Shown here in pieces: positions 61,801 to 64,000 of a stretch of DNA of 64,000 bases (its first letter is position 1; each line of letters opens with the position of its first letter). Source of the DNA: Vairimorpha necatrix (lineage: Eukaryota); the NCBI GenBank assembly GCA_036630325.1, contig CP142734.1, positions 558,001 to 622,000 on the forward strand, in the 5' to 3' direction. Made by a program: the position numbers and the translations under genes. The notes below the pieces were generated by a model. The model was not told the origin of the DNA. It did not search any database and saw only the letters and a list, made by a program, of their open reading frames with translations.

Positions 61801-62808
61801 AAATATAACAAAATTATTCTCTGTTTGTCTAAAAAACCATTGAAAACCTAAAAAACAAGACTAATAAATATACCACCAAACCTAGAATCTGTTTTAAACA
61901 ACATAAACTATGTATAAACATGTTTATCTTTGGCAAAAATTAAATATAATGACAAAAGAAAGCAATAGGTTAAAACATATCTTTACAAAATTAGACTTCT
62001 ATTTAACTCATAGTTTATTAGAAAACAATTAAATTGGTTCAAATAATATATTTTTTTATAAACTATGTTTAAATTAGATATTTCTATGACTATTTTTTTA
62101 CGCATGTAAATTTTTTTCTTTTCCTTTTAGCTCTGGACGCTTCGACTTTTAAAAAACAGGGCTAAAAATAAAAAATTCTGTATTTATATTGATAAGGGGG
62201 GATAAAGTGAAAATTGGCCCCATAGTCAAATTGCTTTTACTTCTTTTACATTGATTTCCACTTTTAGCATGCAAATAGTCCAAACTTTTATTTTCTTTAT
62301 TAACTTGATCTTTTTCATTTCCTTTAGGTTGAGAACACTTCCTAGCTATGAGTCCCATTTTACCACATACAAAACAATGTTGTTCTCGTCTTTTTTTTTT
62401 GAAAATGTCTTCCTGGCACTGCTACTTTCATGGCCAATTCTCCTTAAATCGCTCTTCTTAATTTTTCTTTCAAAACCTCCACCACATCTTCCAGTTATCT
62501 TCTCCTTGTTCTCATTCTCTTCCTCTTCAACAACTAATTTTCCGACTTCATCAATAATATCAGTCTAATTTATCATACTGAATAATTTTTTTATCAAAAA
62601 TAAAATCCTGAAGTTCAATACTTGATTGTATTATCTCCTGTTTCAGTGTCATTTATTTTACTTCTTCTACATTCTAATAATCGCTTCTACTCTCTTAGCT
62701 TCTTTGAATAATTTTTTGTTCTCTTAGACACGGGTCTCACTTTTTACCTTTTTTTAGCTTTTGTTTGCCATGTAAACCATCTATTTATTAGGGGTTATAA
62801 ATACCACA
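58886..62808 (-). mobile_element. Element G: degenerate relative of C with 38-bp LTRs
   Basis: LTRs 58886-58923 and 62771-62808; TSD agaaa; PBS-like tggcaaac. RT, RNase H and IN fragments at 59168-61099. Length is 3077 bp after removing the Merlin insert. Confidence 0.92.
61382..62219. mobile_element. Non-autonomous Merlin-like element (838 bp)
   Basis: TIRs gg...attttcactttatcccccc; 8-bp TSD ctatagtc / ccatagtc (7/8). No transposase motif recognised. Confidence 0.78.
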
Positions 62809-62950
62809 AGAAATAAAAAGAAAACAAAAATTTTTTAAAATCGATTGTTTAATAATAAAGTTTTTTAGCCTAGACATAGGGAAAATCTGTTTATCTTCTT
62901 CAATTTCATATTTCACTCTGCTGTTTTAGAGAATTTCTGGAAAAAGATAC

Positions 62951-63830
62951 TGTTAGAATAAAATATAGGGTTTATTTATTGCAAAATATTTAAAGAGCGC
63001 AATGTCAAATATATCAAAACAATGGCACGATATATTTGACACATGTAGCACTTTCCACACCACCCCTCCTTTAAAAGCTTGACATGATATCGACTCGTCG
63101 TAGCTGTTTTTCCACTGTCCAATAAAAACTTTAAATGAATGAAATTTTTGTTCTTCAACCACTCTTTTTTCTTCCCATTTAGGTTCAAGTTTTCTTCTTA
63201 TCGGGAGAATTGAGTAGTACCAGACTCTATCTCCTACATTTATGGTGTCCTTAATATCAGCATTCTTCTTTCCACTCGTGTTATATTCGAGCCTATAGGC
63301 TTCTTAATTCTTAATGGCCTGTTCCTGATACTTTTCTTATCTTTTGATGTCTTAATTCCTTCCTGTAAGTCCATATCGTTAAGTGTCATTCCTGTGATGA
63401 GTTCGACTAGGGCGCAGCCTATATCTCTATGTAAGACTGCAAATAGGCCTTGACCATTTTAGGAACGCATCTTGCCCAATCAAATTTCCCGAATTCTGTG
63501 ATTTTTCTTAACTTTGAGCCTATTGTTATATTCAATCACTCCACAAGCCCCGTCATCGCCGGTTTATAGGGGGAACCATATTTCCAGTAAATTTTTTATT
63601 CCTTGCATTTCATCACAGATTTTATTTTTAACTCTTTCCCATTAAAAGTTAGTATGGCTTTCGGAACTCCATGTTTTCTCACTATACGTTTATCGATCAA
63701 ATAAACAACGTATTCATGTCCTTTGTATAAACCGAGACAACCTCTGCAATTTTTGAGAAATGGTCAATCATTGTTAATAAATGTCGCGAGCCCAACTGAT
63801 TACCCGATCCGGAATGGTTACCAGATTATT
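62951..63830 (-). mobile_element. Gypsy integrase remnant with PPT and putative 109-bp 3' LTR (62951-63059)
   Basis: Minus strand reads IDHFSK and WKYGSPYKPAMTGLVE. PPT aaaggaggggtgg directly precedes a TG...CA block. Confidence 0.72.
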
Positions 63831-64000
63831 TTCTTGCATTTTTTTAATTTTTATTTATGATCTGTGTTTTCATAATTTATGCCAAGTTTCCGTTAGTTTT
63901 ATCACGTGAAACATTTTTAATTTTTTACTAAATTTTTTACCCATATGAGACTAAAACCAAATATACCGAAGTCAAAGACGCAATAGTAACAACTGAGCCA

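Overview
Very AT-rich eukaryotic DNA, most consistent with a large-genome microsporidian. This is an inference from intronless ricin-B-lectin-like genes, an ATM1-like half ABC transporter, CCC motifs just upstream of start codons, and a Merlin/Ty3-gypsy/RLE-LINE repertoire. Only three intact host genes are visible (two lectin-like genes and one ABC transporter), plus a homeobox pseudogene. The rest is transposable elements: about a dozen Ty3/gypsy elements, remnants or solo LTRs (including a six-element nested stack at 37779-58580), six Merlin (IS1595-like) elements or remnants, one Tc1/IS630-like element, one Ginger-like integrase transposon, RLE-type non-LTR elements and a dispersed poly(A)-tailed repeat. 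The most unusual signals concern gypsy element architecture. (i) Full elements have 38-56 bp LTRs confirmed by TSDs, and their ORF runs from LTR to LTR with an ATG formed at the LTR/PBS junction. (ii) One lineage has no aspartic protease. (iii) A second lineage starts Gag inside the LTR and has a covarying 12-bp palindrome where the tRNA PBS should be. (iv) A recent copy of that lineage has an in-frame deletion of the RT domain. Coordinates were read by eye and no database searches were run.
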